Program-made: the position numbers and the translations under genes | Shown: in pieces, positions 60,945-64,000 of the stretch | How the letters are laid out: each line of letters opens with the position of its first letter | How positions within the stretch are numbered: the stretch's first letter is position 1 | The notes under the pieces: model-generated | The model's database searches: none | What the model saw: only the letters and a program-made list of their open reading frames with translations | What the model was told of the DNA's origin: nothing | DNA from: Vermamoeba vermiformis | Lineage: Eukaryota | DNA length: 64,000 bases | Direction: 5' to 3' | NCBI GenBank assembly: GCA_045837725.1 | Contig: JBEWZL010000257.1 | Coordinates: forward strand, 62,001 to 126,000

Positions 60945-61700
60945 TTTACTATGCACAGTGAAGGAGTACTGTGGCAATGGTACCGGGGTTTGCATGGAAC
61001 AATACCCTGAAAACTGCTTCGTCGACTGCCGCCCTCATATTACCAAAACTTGATCAACTACTGCTCCAATGCAAGGCCATATCGCTCCGGGTAATACTTA
61101 ATTATATACGGTGCGTACCAGCGGTGTTCAATTTCTTATTCAGGATTCCACGTCGGGACGGACACTATTGGAGATTACTTCCCTTGATGAAGAAATATGG
61201 CACTCACTTCTACTACACGGCTACGCTCGGAGGTCGATTGCGACAAGTGATTGTACTGGACAGTACTTACGAAAACACTCAAAGCGAATTCGAGATCAGC
61301 CGATCTGCTGATATTAGTTTTGCAGCTTCTATAGCAGGATCTCTTTTATCTGCAGATGGTTCCTTAAGTATGGATTTAGCTGGATCTTTGGATAGCTCTA
61401 CAACAGCAGAACAACAAAGCCAATTTGAAACATCTTCTTCTCGCAGCACAGTCATCACTTATGGAGGTCCTCCTGGTTCATTTGGTCCAACAACCTCGGA
61501 TGCACCTTCAAACTTTGGTGATTGGGCAAGTGCTGTTGACTTGCTTCCTGTTCCCATCGATTATCAGCTCGTTCCAATCTATGACACAATACACCCATTG
61601 TAGAAAACGAGAAATGGAGAATCTATTCGAGAAATGTGGAGGAATTCTCAAGAGAGTTACAGAAATAGCACTGGTGCATTTACGGGAGGTATTTCATTTG
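60945..61700 (+). pseudogene. MACPF (perforin-like) gene fragment
   Basis: KYGTHFYYTATLGG signature and ..GG...FGDWASAVDLLPVPIDYQLVPI. An upstream Cys motif CGNGTGVC..NCFVDC lies in another frame. No start, signal peptide or N-terminal MACPF half is visible. Confidence 0.7.
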
Positions 61701-62285
61701 ATAAGGACTCCAATAAGATATGTGTCCAGCAATCTGATAATGGGTCGTACGTCCAAGATACCGCTAGAATTTTGTTAGACATTGATTATTTAGGCTAGCT
61801 AACATACCACCAATTTTGATCATTTTTAATGTCGGATGAAGTGTCAAAGCGGTTTCCATTGCAATCAAGCATTCGGGGTCAATCATAAATTCTTGAAAGG
61901 CTGTTAACGAGTGCTGATCACTATTATTGAATTTACCATCATTAAGATATAGATGTAGCTTTTCTAGCCTAGATTCTCTTATAGCACTGAACGCGGTGCA
62001 TAAATCGTTTTTTGTTCCCGCATAATCTAATTAATTTATTGTAAATAATTTATTCCAAATCTTGTAGTGTTGATTACTCCTACCTAATAAATTCCATCGT
62101 AATCTTGTCGCTTTTAAATATTGCAAGTATTGAAGAAAAACTTCAGAATCCATGCGCCTTTAAAAGAACAATCTTCTTCTTGTTGTTATATGTGGTATGC
62201 TACGCTCGTTTAACAAACTTGCACACACGAGTTGTTGTCATTTGTTTTATTAAATAAAATTGCAATAATAGATCTAAGTTTGATA

Positions 62286-64000
62286 TTAAAATACAGCTTC
62301 CTGTTCTTCACCGAACTTCTTGCGCATCGAATACACTTCGCGCCACATTGACCGAATGAACGGGTATGGCAAGTATTGCTCGACTTCACTGCGCACCAAC
62401 AACGGGCATCCCTTGATGAACTGTAACAAGTAGATTAGTGAACTGAAAACAGAATTGTATTGACACGTGTCAACATACCATGTCCAAGAAGACAACGACA
62501 GACGGCAAGTCCTTAACAGTCTTGTCAGTCTTAGAGCGAGCCATACGCATCAAGATGACACTTGACATCTCGACAAAGGCGTTCAACAGCGCTACAATTT
62601 CTTCTTCGCTGTTGTTCTCGCTGGTCAAACTCTTAAAGTGAATGATGAGCTCGTTGATGGCCTTAGCCAACACGTGCACGTTGTTGTCGTGTGCCTCGAT
62701 TGAAGGCACGAACACAGCTTCACGCCAGTAAGTTGACACAAGGAACGACATGGCAAACATTGTCGGCAACAAGTCCCACACCTTCTTATCTGATTGTGCG
62801 TCTGTGATACCCGCTGTTAGTTAGTGCCCATAGAGTCAACGGCAATACTTACCTTGGATGAGTGCGTCCTTGACCTCAGGATCTGCAAGGCCAGGGTTAA
62901 TACCAGCCTCCACGGCAAGCAAATCAACAGGCTGAATAAGTCTAGTTAGATACCATTATTACTCTGAGCTTTCTCCTTACCGTGAACTCGGCATTCTTGA
63001 ACAAATTTTGAGGGTACGAAGAGAAGGCCGTTGTGATAGTCTTGTGAATTAAGGGCGTCGTGTTTTGAATGACGTCACCGCAAGCTTGCAGTAGTAAGTC
63101 ACGGAACAAGAGTAACTTGCCAATGGCAATAGAATGGGCGATGAATTCGTCAACGCCGTGAGGATCAGCAGGCTTGAGGGGCTTGACGAGTGCAACAACC
63201 TTGGGCTCTTGATGATACACCTTGTTGAACTCTTCCAGCACTTGTCTGTTGGTCTTGAGAGCCTCTTTAATGCCGACAATATGTTTGGTGATCAAGGCAA
63301 TGATTTCCCTATTAAATGCATTAGCTCCATGCAGGCTTTGTTGTTGACGTGCGTGACTTACTTGTCAATATTTTTCACACCATAAGGACCAATCAAGGCG
63401 CACAGTGTTTCTAACTCGACTATGTCGGCGTACTCTTCAGCACGGAACTAGAATTAAGTTAGTATAGTGTTATTTAAAATCTTTCGAGTGCTTACAGGCA
63501 AACCTCTTCGGCTCACAAATCCCTTTCTGTTGGGTGCGTAGCAGACACCAGGCAAATTGATCTTGTTTGTCAGGAACTCGAGGTACCACTGTGTCACAAG
63601 CTTGCTGCTATTGTTAGGAGCATCCTTGGCACCAGCACTGTCACGAATTAGTCTCGAAAAAGGTCTGATAAGTGCTGCAACTTACGGAGCATAAAGCTCT
63701 TCAAGCATGACCGTTGTGGTGATTTTTGTGATGTCAATATCAACTGTCCGAGAGTTAGTGCTGATCCGCGGTCGAAAAAAGAAAGCCGTACCGTAGTTCT
63801 CAATGCTGCGCAACAAAGAAGTGTAGACACTGATCTGTTTCAGCAAGACTGAAGGAGGTTGAATGATACTTTCAGGCTTGCTTGGGTTCTGTTGACGAGC
63901 GATTGGAATGGGCAAAAGTCGCTTCAAGAAGCCCTTCAACAAATTGGCAATCATCTCAGTCAAGTACTAAGAAAAAAGATCAGCAAGGGCGGATGACGTT
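62286..64000 (-). CDS. napA: Nck-associated protein 1 (NAP1/NCKAP1, SCAR/WAVE complex), 3' part; runs off the window
   Basis: RAEEYADIVELETLCALIGPYG, IGKLLLFRDLL, AHDNNVHVLAKAI and VEQYLPYPFIRS match NCKAP1 motifs. Confidence 0.85.

Overview
Gene-dense, intron-rich eukaryotic genomic DNA with short AT-rich GT-AG introns and a few GC-AG introns. The content (NAP1, receptor-type TKL kinases, MLO-like, TBC, F-box, MACPF) suggests a free-living amoeboid protist, probably Amoebozoa; this is inference. I read about 25 protein-coding loci, including ANK-TBC and TBC1D15-like Rab GAPs, an EcKL-type kinase, phytochelatin synthase, an S10 carboxypeptidase, a mitochondrial carrier, five F-box genes, two tandem Kelch-ectodomain receptor kinases and the 3' part of NAP1. 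There is also a solitary 5S rRNA gene, two pseudogene relics and a ~1 kb CACTA-like element. The main unexplained signals are: (1) a ~340-nt highly base-paired RNA-like element ending in T7 (24484-24825, minus strand) that I cannot assign to a known family; (2) an MLO-like membrane protein with a signal peptide and EGF/Cys-rich ectodomain; (3) a tandem paralog pair sharing an unrecognised CxxH...CxxC domain, one copy also carrying FYVE and five MIT-like repeats; (4) bacterial-looking surface proteins fitted with eukaryotic anchors; (5) an identical 18-mer at the 5' end of introns in two unrelated genes. Exon boundaries and pairings were read by eye; no database searches or folding programs were run.
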